Source: an uncultured Planctomycetales bacterium
GTDB lineage: Bacteria > Omnitrophota > Gorgyraeia > Gygaellales > Profunditerraquicolaceae
Direction: 5' to 3'
NCBI GenBank assembly: GCA_964603585.1
Contig: CAZRVK010000002.1
Location: forward strand, 115,513 to 179,512
DNA: 64,000 bases
The notes under the pieces are model-generated. The model did no database searches, was not told where the DNA came from, and was given only the letters and a program-made list of their open reading frames with translations. Each line of letters begins with the position of its first letter. The first letter of the stretch is position 1. The translations under genes were made by a program, and so were the position numbers. Below are positions 19,079 through 27,881 of the stretch, one piece after another.

Positions 19079-20605
19079 ATGTTAGCCAAAATATTCAGCT
19101 TAGGCATTATTGGAATAGAGGCGTATCCCATTGAGATTGAAATAGATGTTTCAAATGGCCTGCCGGCATTCACCATGGTAGGACTGGCTGATACTGCAGT
19201 CAAAGAAAGCAAGGAACGGGTTAAAGCCGCGATCAAGAACTCGGGATTCAGCTGGCCCAGGGAAAGAATCACCGTGAATTTAGCGCCCTCTGATATCAAG
19301 AAAGAAGGATCCTGTTTTGATCTTCCGATAGCCGTGGGGATACTTTGCGCTACTGAACAGTTGAATACCACCAGATTATCCGAATTCTGCCTTTTAGGGG
19401 AATTGTCTTTAGATGGCAGCCTTAGGCCCACACAAGGTATCCTCCCTGCCGCACTTAGCCTTACAAAATCCCAAATTAAGAGCTTTATTCTCCCCTGGCA
19501 AAATGCAAAAGAGGCTGCGATCGCACCCAATATACATATCTGGCCATTAAAAACATTAAAAAGCACCATTGAATTCATCAATAACCCTGAAACACACATG
19601 CCATTTTCCATGGATATTGAAGAAATGTTTAAACAATCTGCAAACTATCCGGTGGATTTTTCTGAAGTTAAAGGGCAAATTCACGCTAAAAGGGCAATTG
19701 AAGTAGCTGTAAGTGGAGGGCATAATATCCTGATGCTTGGGCCGCCGGGAAGCGGGAAAACCATGCTGGCAAAAAGGATACCCACCATTATGCCAGATTT
19801 AACGATTGAAGAAACCTTGGAAATAACCAAAATCCATTCTGTCATGGGTCTATTGCCTGTCAAAGACGGTATTATCACTACCCGGCCATTTCGCGCTCCT
19901 CATCATAGTGCCTCAAATATTGCCCTTGTTGGCGGCGGATCTATCCCCAGGCCAGGCGAGATAAGTTTAGCTCATCATGGAGTCCTTTTTTTGGATGAAC
20001 TCCCGGAATTCCACAGGGATTGTTTGGAATCCCTCCGGCAACCTTTAGAAGACGGATCAATAAGGATTTCCCGCGCAGCAAAATCGCTTATATTCCCTGC
20101 ATCCTTCATTCTTGCCTGCGCGATGAACCCCTGCCCGTGTGGATATTACACCGATCCTAAGAAAAACTGCCGCTGTAACACAAATAAAATCGCCAATTAC
20201 ATGGGCAAAATCTCCGGGCCTCTCTTGGACCGGATTGATATACACATCGAACTCCCATCGGTTTTATATAAAGAACTATCTGACACACAAGAAAGCGAAA
20301 GATCTGCGGCAATAAAAGAACGTGTGGAAAAAGCACGGCTAATACAGAGACAACGTTTTAAAACTTCGGGGATATTTTATAATGCCCAAATGAATACGAG
20401 GCTGATCAAGAAACACTGTCTGTTGAACAGCCAGGCAAAGGAATTGCTTAAAATGGCGATGACCGAACTGGGATTTTCTTCCCGGGCCTATGATAAGATA
20501 CTGAAAGTCTCTCGGAGCATTGCGGATCTATCTGGATCTGAAGAGATACTGGCAGAACACATTTCGGAAGCGGTTCAATACAGAAATCTGGACAAACAAT
20601 GCTGA
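19079..20605 (+). CDS. comM: YifB/ComM family Mg-chelatase-like AAA+ ATPase
   Basis: 508 aa. It has the Lon-like N-domain start (MLAKIFSLGIIGIEAYPIEIEIDV) and Walker A (GPPGSGKT), and GGAGAA sits 6 nt upstream of the start. Confidence 0.9.
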   Translation: MLAKIFSLGIIGIEAYPIEIEIDVSNGLPAFTMVGLADTAVKESKERVKAAIKNSGFSWPRERITVNLAPSDIKKEGSCFDLPIAVGILCATEQLNTTRLSEFCLLGELSLDGSLRPTQGILPAALSLTKSQIKSFILPWQNAKEAAIAPNIHIWPLKTLKSTIEFINNPETHMPFSMDIEEMFKQSANYPVDFSEVKGQIHAKRAIEVAVSGGHNILMLGPPGSGKTMLAKRIPTIMPDLTIEETLEITKIHSVMGLLPVKDGIITTRPFRAPHHSASNIALVGGGSIPRPGEISLAHHGVLFLDELPEFHRDCLESLRQPLEDGSIRISRAAKSLIFPASFILACAMNPCPCGYYTDPKKNCRCNTNKIANYMGKISGPLLDRIDIHIELPSVLYKELSDTQESERSAAIKERVEKARLIQRQRFKTSGIFYNAQMNTRLIKKHCLLNSQAKELLKMAMTELGFSSRAYDKILKVSRSIADLSGSEEILAEHISEAVQYRNLDKQC

Positions 20606-20703
20606 AAAGATTAATGTGCAGAAGATTATCCTGCGGGGAATATAACTGTCAATCAAAGCCAAGGGGCAAAATGAACAATCGAGGGCATAAAAAGGAGGAT
20701 ATA

Positions 20704-20973
20704 ATGTTAAATGAAAAAACCCCATTAAATCCGAAAATCCAATATAGAAGCAATGGATATTACAAACGCTTATACAGTAAAGATGCCATTATTACGCGTT
20801 TGGGGCACATAACTATCGTTCATATCGATCACCCGAGTAAAAAAGAAATTCGAAAACGCATAGAAGAGGTCATGCGTGAAGAAATAGCAGGAGAGGCATT
20901 CTTTGATGATTGCCCTTTATGCCAGGAATTCCAAAAACATCCATATGATATTGTTTATTACATGCAAGATTAG
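20704..20973 (+). CDS. Hypothetical protein
   Basis: I placed the start at MLNEK because AAAGGAGG sits 8 nt upstream. The longer ORF-track start overlaps the comM 3' end and has no RBS. Confidence 0.3.
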   Translation: MLNEKTPLNPKIQYRSNGYYKRLYSKDAIITRLGHITIVHIDHPSKKEIRKRIEEVMREEIAGEAFFDDCPLCQEFQKHPYDIVYYMQD

Positions 20974-21144
20974 CACAAAAGGCATACAGCTAAACAAGGA
21001 GGCAAAGATAACCTTTGTATAAGCAAAACCTACTATGCCAAGAATAGCCCGTTTTATTAAAGCCAACGGTTTCTACCATCTGATATCCCGTTCTTTAAAC
21101 GAAATATGGAAAAGGCTTCGTGGCTGTAAGCTTCTTTTCTTTCT

Positions 21145-21873
21145 TTAACTATCCTTTGAGAATGCCAGGTATCCCATAACAATCAGATTAAATACTGGGA
21201 GTGCAGCAAAAACCCTGATCCACATAGGTTGTCTTAAAATGATCGCTATCCTGCACCAGACAAATGAAGAAAAAACAAGCGCTCCGAATGGCCCGACATA
21301 AGGCAAAACTGAAGTCAGGGATAAAAGTATCCAAAAATAACTTACTTCTGCGATCTTACAAGTTAAAAAAAGGCTGACGACGGGGATCCAGGCAAACCAA
21401 AGCGGGCCATGATTGGTCTTTTTGGCAATCAGATACAGGCAAATTGCTGTATACACAAATAAGAAAAATAAGATGATCACCAGGGGAAGCAATCTGGCGG
21501 GAGTTACTACTATATTACCTGTTTGACCATTGGAAGAAATAACCGGAGGCTTATGCTCACTAATTATTTTTGGGGTCTCGGGCTCCGGCGGCGACGATTC
21601 TACAGAAAAAACGCGCTCTTCCAGTTGTTCAATCGGGATTTCCACAGGTTGCGCGGATGGTTGTCTTATATCTTCATTATTTATTTTTTCTATATCACGC
21701 AGAAAATACGGCACTTCTATATCGTCTATTGAAACCACGATTTTAGTTTCATCCCGCGATAGAATATTGGCTTCAACCACACTGCCGGATTTTAGAACGA
21801 TTGTATCGGCAAAGGCGGGAGAGAAAAAAAGCAGTAAAGAAACGACAGCGGATAAAATGTTTTTCTTCAGCAT
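21145..21873 (-). CDS. Secreted/membrane protein, paralog A (signal peptide + conserved ~60-aa domain + 3-TM C-terminus)
   Basis: I placed the start at MLKKNILSAVVSLLLFFSPAFA, which is a signal peptide. It is a paralog of 34317..35117. Confidence 0.5.
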   Translation of the reverse strand: MLKKNILSAVVSLLLFFSPAFADTIVLKSGSVVEANILSRDETKIVVSIDDIEVPYFLRDIEKINNEDIRQPSAQPVEIPIEQLEERVFSVESSPPEPETPKIISEHKPPVISSNGQTGNIVVTPARLLPLVIILFFLFVYTAICLYLIAKKTNHGPLWFAWIPVVSLFLTCKIAEVSYFWILLSLTSVLPYVGPFGALVFSSFVWCRIAIILRQPMWIRVFAALPVFNLIVMGYLAFSKDS

Positions 21874-22005
21874 AAACCACCGTTTTACGGAATAATAATT
21901 ATAATGCGGGCTGCAAAGGCCCTTTGAAATTATTATATACCACACCTTTAAGGAGTCAAGAATAAAGGATTGCTCCTCCGGAGAAAAAAACAATACAATA
22001 ATTCC

Positions 22006-23028
22006 TCAATGGGATAAGTCCTGTTTTATCCGTTTTGTGACCAGCTCTGCCAAAACCGCGTGGCCGTATCCGCTTAGGTGAACGGGATCGATCGAAAAAA
22101 CTCCGGGATCAGGATTGATTGACGCAAATTCATGCAAAAGATCAATAGTATGCAGACGCGGATAAAAAGAGGCGATCTGCAGTATTCTTTTGTGGAGATC
22201 ACCATATTTATATTCGTTGAATTTGGCATCAAAGGCAGGCACTATAAAAAGGTAGCTTGTAAATCCGTTTTCCTCCTGAAGCTTATTCAATAATGCAAGC
22301 CCGGCGCCTGGAGGATTGATCTTGATTTTTTCTATAATGCGAAGCGACATCTGGTATAAATAAAACAGGAATTTAGATTTGCTGATAAAATAAGCAATGC
22401 CTCCCCGCTTGGCTGAACCATCTTTAGGGGCAGTATTATTTTCTATCGACTGCCACTTTAAATACCAGGAAATCCCTGAATCAGCAAATTGATCAAAATC
22501 ATTAATGCAAAAAACAATGATCACTATATCCGGCTTATAACGTAATCCCTTGACTCGAAGTGTCTCCACCTCCTTCAATGTATCATAACCTACCACGGCC
22601 ATATTGAAAACCTCGTATTTACGTTTTATAAGATCCTGGTTGAGCAGTCCTTCGATTTTTCTTGGGAAAATATCTTTAACATCGCTTATCGTTTCTCCGA
22701 CGCTAACAGAATCACCCAAAATAATTATTCTTACAATGCCGGCAGGTTTAGCCTCTCTAAATTCATAATCCCGGAATCCCGATGAGTTTGTAAAGAATCC
22801 CCGGTACTCCGGATACCGGTCTTGTCCTTTCATTATATAGTTTTTCTTATATTCAAAGCTTAAAACCGGGTTAGCGGAACGTACAAAGAAATCACCTGTA
22901 ACCGGGACCCTAAGCATTTTTCGATAAGGATTAAAGATGCGGATCAGTATCTCCCCCAGCAAAAGGCTGAAAATAACAATAAAAACGGTAAAAATAGTTT
23001 TATGGAAAAGGCTGCTCATATTTTGCAA
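22006..23028 (-). CDS. SGNH/GDSL hydrolase-family protein, N-terminal membrane anchor
   Basis: A TM helix followed by GDS (ILGDSVSVG), an IND block and DPVHLSGYGH (DxxH). Confidence 0.6.
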   Translation of the reverse strand: MQNMSSLFHKTIFTVFIVIFSLLLGEILIRIFNPYRKMLRVPVTGDFFVRSANPVLSFEYKKNYIMKGQDRYPEYRGFFTNSSGFRDYEFREAKPAGIVRIIILGDSVSVGETISDVKDIFPRKIEGLLNQDLIKRKYEVFNMAVVGYDTLKEVETLRVKGLRYKPDIVIIVFCINDFDQFADSGISWYLKWQSIENNTAPKDGSAKRGGIAYFISKSKFLFYLYQMSLRIIEKIKINPPGAGLALLNKLQEENGFTSYLFIVPAFDAKFNEYKYGDLHKRILQIASFYPRLHTIDLLHEFASINPDPGVFSIDPVHLSGYGHAVLAELVTKRIKQDLSH

Positions 23029-23097
23029 TAATTATTAATGCCGTACCGACTTACGTTGACCGCAGTCGCGGTGAAAAAAATAAATTCTTTTGTTATT

Positions 23098-23655
23098 CTA
23101 TAGGAACCGGGGTGTCCGGATAGAAGTGGTGTATTCTGCGCTTCCCTGCCAGTTCGTAAATGCTCCGCTTCCGGTGAAAGCGACCAGGTTAACCGCAACC
23201 CGCCGGATATCACTGGCAATAAGAGGTACAGCTTCGCTGGCATCATAATAGAGAAACAGCGCCCCGTTTCTTCCGGTAGTAATCTTAATGCCGGAGGATC
23301 CCTGGTAATAAAGGAATGCTGGATCGATAACCGCGTTTATGGTCCTGGTGAGTTTATTGGTCCCGGTATCCAAGGTGATCACCACAGTTTTTGAGTTCTG
23401 GTCGGTGAAGGTGATGGAATTGGCGGAGAATGCCGTGATATTCTTGCAGAAACGCAGCCCTCCGGCAAGGTTATCCCCATCAACGATCTTATCCAGCGCA
23501 TCCTGGGCCAGCATATCCATATTCAGGGAATTCGGCAAATAAACCATCCCCTGTATACTGGAAACTAAGATCGCCGAGGTAACCGAAACGATTATCCCGA
23601 TAATCGTGATTATAACTACCAGCTCGATCAGGCTAAAACCTTTGTTATTTTTCAT
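23098..23655 (-). CDS. Prepilin-type N-terminal cleavage/methylation domain protein (pseudopilin)
   Basis: MKNNKGFSLIELVVIITIIGII is a class III signal with G|F and E+5. Confidence 0.7.
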   Translation of the reverse strand: MKNNKGFSLIELVVIITIIGIIVSVTSAILVSSIQGMVYLPNSLNMDMLAQDALDKIVDGDNLAGGLRFCKNITAFSANSITFTDQNSKTVVITLDTGTNKLTRTINAVIDPAFLYYQGSSGIKITTGRNGALFLYYDASEAVPLIASDIRRVAVNLVAFTGSGAFTNWQGSAEYTTSIRTPRFL

Positions 23656-24053
23656 AACCCTATGGTTGTATTCTTGGCTATATAGGTACGCAGGGTAGCC
23701 AGATTATCCGTCGAGCCATCCTTTCTGACCTGGACCAATACTTGTTTAAGGCTCTCTGCACTAAGATCATCGCCAAAAATATAAGAAACTGTCCTGACCA
23801 CAGTAAAAGGATAGTTATTGTAACTATTCGTAGTGAGGCTGGTAATATTAGCATAGGCAAGATTATTAACCACTTCCATCTCCATCCGGGCTAAATTCAT
23901 AGCCGTAGTATATTCTTTTGACCTGGAAGAAGAGATGGCAAGCTCAATGACAAACCTCCCTACTGTAGCCGCAATAACCCCCAAAATGACCACTGTCATA
24001 ATGATCTCGATAAAAGTGAATGAACGTTTTCCTTTTATAGGCTTAAGGAACAC
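23652..24053 (-). CDS. Prepilin-type N-terminal cleavage/methylation domain protein (pseudopilin)
   Basis: KGKRSFTFIEIIMTVVILGVIAA prepilin motif. It overlaps the downstream gene by 4 nt. Confidence 0.7.
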   Translation of the reverse strand: MFLKPIKGKRSFTFIEIIMTVVILGVIAATVGRFVIELAISSSRSKEYTTAMNLARMEMEVVNNLAYANITSLTTNSYNNYPFTVVRTVSYIFGDDLSAESLKQVLVQVRKDGSTDNLATLRTYIAKNTTIGL

Positions 24054-24825
24054 TGGCAGATATCTCCTGGTAAGCGGATATATTTCCGGTTAAGGTATTA
24101 TAAGTTGCCTGGATGGTCTTATATAATCCTGATCCCGCAATCCTTCCGGTTGAAATAATGGTAATATCATCTATGGGGGTAGTACAGACACTCCCTGGGG
24201 TTGGGCGGACAGCGCAAATAGTCGTCGATGAGCCATCGGTCATCACACATTGCAGAGTTATGGTCGCGGGGTTCATATTCCCTGACCAGCGAATACGGGT
24301 AAGCGGAAGCGTGGTGCTGGCGGGAATTGCCGTATCAGTTATATTGACACTCCCTCCTGGAGGCGCAATCGACCCTGAAAAAACCGTTACGCCGTTGATC
24401 AGGACTTGCGTCAATGAACGCATATTACTCCAAATGACATTCAGCGAAGCAATGGTGATCGCAGCCAGAGAGGTGTTCTGCAGAGTAATGCCTAAGAGGT
24501 CTCTCTGGCCGATACCGCCAGTCGAGGCAGAGGTAGCGTTTATTACTAAATAAGCAGCGGCTTTGGCTTTACTGGTAAAACTAAAAAAGTTATCCCCGTC
24601 TATATTAACTGTAGTGGGCAAAACAAAGGTTGCCCCGCTGTTTCTATATTGATATATTGCATAATATATCCCTGCCTGCGCATTATAACGGGCGCGTAAC
24701 AGCCTTTGCCAGGTATTAAAACCTTGAAAGCGGTTGGCAATGAACTGGACACTGCCTAAAATAGCAATTCCGACAAAGAGGATCAATACAATGACCGCAA
24801 TCAGGGCAAATCCATTCTTGCGCAT
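24043..24825 (-). CDS. Pilin-like minor pseudopilin (PilX-like N-terminus)
   Basis: MRKNGFALIAVIVLILFVGIAILG hydrophobic N-terminus and a Thr/Ser-rich body. Confidence 0.5.
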   Translation of the reverse strand: MRKNGFALIAVIVLILFVGIAILGSVQFIANRFQGFNTWQRLLRARYNAQAGIYYAIYQYRNSGATFVLPTTVNIDGDNFFSFTSKAKAAAYLVINATSASTGGIGQRDLLGITLQNTSLAAITIASLNVIWSNMRSLTQVLINGVTVFSGSIAPPGGSVNITDTAIPASTTLPLTRIRWSGNMNPATITLQCVMTDGSSTTICAVRPTPGSVCTTPIDDITIISTGRIAGSGLYKTIQATYNTLTGNISAYQEISASVP

Positions 24826-24979
24826 AATTTACTTTATCATAAATAAAGGCCTCGGACAAAGGAAAAAACAAAACTCCTTTTGCAATTTTTTGTAATACTC
24901 TTTTTGTCTTACATGTGAATTGCCTGATATGGCTCTTTATGGTTTTATTCCTACCGGAAACGAGAATTTAATCTGCTCT

Positions 24980-26020
24980 TTATCCCGAGTCCGGAACTCG
25001 GCCTTGTATGATTGCATTAAATAATTCGCCGGCTATTGCACGATGCCCTGAAGGATTTGGGTGGCAAAGATCCTGCTTGCCTGTAATTGGATGCCGGCCA
25101 TCTTTAAGCCAAAGATCCTGTTGATGCTTGAAATTATGCCTGTAAGAATCTATCATATTCACAAAAACAAACCGATTTTTGTCGGCTATTTCTCTGATTA
25201 TATTCATCTCTTTATCATTAGAATCTGTTTCCTCATAATCCAAATACGGGTTAAATAATATAACCACCCTTGAAGAATGTGAATCGGCATATTGCTTCAA
25301 CTCTTTAAACCCATCAATTACAGCTTGATAGGAAGATTTTTTAGCATCGGTCAAGGAATCCAGCAAATAAATCCTTTGCAATATAAATCTAACCATATCT
25401 GATTGCGAAGCTAACGCCCTTATTATTTTAAAACGCCATAAAAAGTTAAACCCTGGGTAAGGAGTCTTATCCAAGTCAGGAATATTCAAGAAAAACGGCA
25501 GCACCTGCGGCAATACTGAAATATCATTTATGCAATAACTCAAGACTATTATATCCGGAGCATATTTATCGGCCTTTACCTTTAATTGTTCGATCTCGTT
25601 ATTTATATTATATCCGTGCACGGAGAAATTAAGCACCTCATACTTCAAGCCTTCTTTATTGGTTACAGACCATTGATTGAGTTTATCTTCCAATACTTTT
25701 GCGAAAGTCTGATTCATCTCTACGCCGCTTCCAAAAGCAATCGAATCCCCTAATACAGCGATACGTAAAGTATCGGCGGGTTTTAAAAGGGCATATTCTC
25801 TATCCCGCATCCCATCCGAATTTATGCCCGGAGTGGAGGGATTTAGCTCATAAACCAGTTTTTGATTATTAGAGAGAATTACCTGGCTGTAGCTATTAAA
25901 GTATCTACTTCGATTTGGGCACAGTTGAAATATCCTGAAATTGACTTCAAGCATGAGTAAAACTAATACTATAGATAGTATAGTCAGCAATATCTTTGCG
26001 AAAAAACTCTTCATCTTCAC
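24980..26020 (-). CDS. SGNH/GDSL hydrolase-family protein, N-terminal membrane anchor
   Basis: A TM helix followed by IAVLGDSIAFGSG, SYCINDI and DGRHPITG...HPNPSGH. Confidence 0.6.
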   Translation of the reverse strand: MKMKSFFAKILLTILSIVLVLLMLEVNFRIFQLCPNRSRYFNSYSQVILSNNQKLVYELNPSTPGINSDGMRDREYALLKPADTLRIAVLGDSIAFGSGVEMNQTFAKVLEDKLNQWSVTNKEGLKYEVLNFSVHGYNINNEIEQLKVKADKYAPDIIVLSYCINDISVLPQVLPFFLNIPDLDKTPYPGFNFLWRFKIIRALASQSDMVRFILQRIYLLDSLTDAKKSSYQAVIDGFKELKQYADSHSSRVVILFNPYLDYEETDSNDKEMNIIREIADKNRFVFVNMIDSYRHNFKHQQDLWLKDGRHPITGKQDLCHPNPSGHRAIAGELFNAIIQGRVPDSG

Positions 26021-26176
26021 CTCCGATGTTCTATTTTATCATAATCGCTTAGAAATTGTAAGTCCTATGTAGATACTTTTACGCATGTAACTGTTGCGCA
26101 ATAACTTATACCATTAACGTTCCACACTAATCATTATTCTGATTTCTTTTAAGAATAATAAACTCATCCCCTTATC

Positions 26177-26205
26177 TTGAATTCCGTTAAAGGATATGCT
26201 ATATT
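26177..26205 (+). promoter_or_regulatory. Sigma-70-like promoter (TTGAAT-17-TATATT) for the riboswitch-controlled transcript
   Basis: A -35 at 26177..26182 and a -10 at 26200..26205 separated by 17 nt, about 8 nt upstream of the riboswitch start. Confidence 0.45.
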
Positions 26206-26212
26206 TCCTTAT

Positions 26213-26307
26213 AGATGTTACGATAAAGGCAAACCCGGTGAAAACCGGGGGCGCAAAACTTATAGAGCCTAAAGCCGAAAGCGGCTATGGTAGTCAGGTG
26301 CCGAAAC
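26213..26307 (+). promoter_or_regulatory. Cyclic-di-GMP-I (GEMM) riboswitch aptamer
   Basis: Reads AAAGGCAAACC, then CCCGGUGAAAACCGGG (a P2 hairpin with a GAAA tetraloop), then GGCGCAAAAC (matching GACGCAAAGC), then AGCCUAAAGCC, then a GCCGAAAGCGGC hairpin. This order matches the GEMM-I consensus as I recall it from the V. cholerae Vc2 aptamer. Confidence 0.65.
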
Positions 26308-26325
26308 ATAAACAGATAAATATGA

Positions 26326-26363
26326 ACCCATAGGCACTTTAAGACTATGGGTTTTTTGTTTTA
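26326..26363 (+). terminator. Intrinsic terminator (riboswitch expression platform)
   Basis: ACCCATAG, an 11-nt loop, CTATGGGT, then TTTTTTGTTTT. It lies between the aptamer and the RBS/ATG at 26401. Confidence 0.65.
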
Positions 26364-26400
26364 TAAAAACATAGGAAACGGGAGAAAAAGGAGGTGGGAT

Positions 26401-26733
26401 ATGTTTACAAAGGTAACGGCTGTTATTATGATAATGTTGTTATGTTTTGCTGCGGGGGCATATGCCCAAGAGGAAGGTGAGCATAATGCTATCACCAAAC
26501 TCGGCCAGGGGGTAATCAACGGAACCACTTTTTGGCTGGAATTTCCCAAACAGATATATAACACCACAAAGGAAGACGATATCCTGGTCGGATTAACCTA
26601 TGGCTTGGTCAAGGGCGTAGCATACAGCGTATTGCGGCTGGCCTCGGGTGTATATGATATCACCACGATGCCTATTCCTCCCTATGACCGGGTATTGCTC
26701 GAACCAAAGTTTGTATTTGAAGGCTGGGAATAA
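26401..26733 (+). CDS. Small secreted protein (signal peptide), function unknown
   Basis: I placed the start at MFTKV because AAGGAGGTG sits 6 nt upstream. The longer ORF-track start lies inside the terminator hairpin. There is a signal peptide ending in AYAQ. Confidence 0.6.
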   Translation: MFTKVTAVIMIMLLCFAAGAYAQEEGEHNAITKLGQGVINGTTFWLEFPKQIYNTTKEDDILVGLTYGLVKGVAYSVLRLASGVYDITTMPIPPYDRVLLEPKFVFEGWE

Positions 26734-26796
26734 GATCATTCCGGGAGGAAATGATCAAAAACTAAAGGAGAGGGTCGTTCGGCTGACCCTCTCCTT

Positions 26797-27816
26797 TTAA
26801 TTTGCAAGCAATTTCTCGATCTCCGGGATGAGGCTTGTATTATTTTGGCTGAAACACAGCTCTTTTGCCTTTACAAAATAATCATTTGCCTTCTCCCCCT
26901 GACCAACCGATAAATAAACTAAACCGATATTATATTTGATCTTGGGGTTTTCTTTATCCAGCCATTCAGCCTGTAAAAGTGCAGCCAAGGCCAAGTCATA
27001 TTGTTTAAGCTGGCCGTATGCGCTACCCAAATTTGTATATGCGTTGATCAAAGACGGATCAAGCTCAACTGCCCTGGTGAAACAAGAAACCGCCGAAGAA
27101 TAATCTTTTTCAGAAGCATAGATAACCCCTAACCGGTAATATGCCTGCGCGTATCCAGGATGCGCGGCAATCAGCTGATTAAAGAGATCGATCGCCTTAG
27201 AGACTTCATTTCTCTTAAATGCCTCCGATGCCTCCTGCAACAACCCCTCCATAGAAACTTCCGGGGTCAACTCCTCTGGCAAGAGCGCAATATCTTCTGA
27301 GCCATCCTTAATCTCCTGATCGATCCTGGCCAAGGCGTTTTTTGCCGGCACAAATCCCGGGTCAAGCTTCAAAGCAGCGGTAAAGTATTCTTCGGAGTTT
27401 TTATAATCGCCGTTTTTAAAATAAGTCAACCCCAAACTATACAACACGATTTTCTTGCCGGGGTCATAATAGCCGATCAGGCGCACAGCGTCTTTAAGGA
27501 GGTTTTGTGCCTCTACAGCCTCCCCTGTTTCCAGGTGCAAAGCAGCCAGATTGATATAAGCCTGGGAATTATCCGGGCATAATTCTATGGCATCCCGAAA
27601 GCATTCCTGGGCTTGCACATATTTCTTTTCTTCAAAATAAACCAGGCCCTGATTAAGAGTTGAGATGTATTCTGAATTTGCCGATGCATTGTCCAGCGTG
27701 ATGACCTTTACTCCATAAGGGAACCCCGGGATTTCTTCTGTGGCCAAGGATATGCCTAAAAAACAGGAAAGGGAGATTAGTATGGCGCAGAAAATGCGCA
27801 AGGATAGAGTAATCAT
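26797..27816 (-). CDS. Tetratricopeptide repeat protein, secreted
   Basis: A signal peptide and repeated TPR motifs (AxxYxxLGxxY...). Confidence 0.75.
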   Translation of the reverse strand: MITLSLRIFCAILISLSCFLGISLATEEIPGFPYGVKVITLDNASANSEYISTLNQGLVYFEEKKYVQAQECFRDAIELCPDNSQAYINLAALHLETGEAVEAQNLLKDAVRLIGYYDPGKKIVLYSLGLTYFKNGDYKNSEEYFTAALKLDPGFVPAKNALARIDQEIKDGSEDIALLPEELTPEVSMEGLLQEASEAFKRNEVSKAIDLFNQLIAAHPGYAQAYYRLGVIYASEKDYSSAVSCFTRAVELDPSLINAYTNLGSAYGQLKQYDLALAALLQAEWLDKENPKIKYNIGLVYLSVGQGEKANDYFVKAKELCFSQNNTSLIPEIEKLLAN

Positions 27817-27881
27817 GATTTTTATTATACAATGTCAGTCTGAAAATCTCAACAAGAAAAATTCCTTTATTATTATCATGA

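Noticed and set aside
19009-19611. 200-aa minus-strand ORF
   Set aside because: It lies fully antisense to the well-conserved N-terminal region of the + strand ComM/YifB gene and has no recognisable domains. I take it as a spurious antisense frame.
24984-25001. Perfect inverted repeat CCGAGTccggaACTCGG that looked like a terminator downstream of the SGNH gene
   Set aside because: It lies within the last codons of ORF 24980..26020 (encoding …GRVPDSG) and no U-tract follows.
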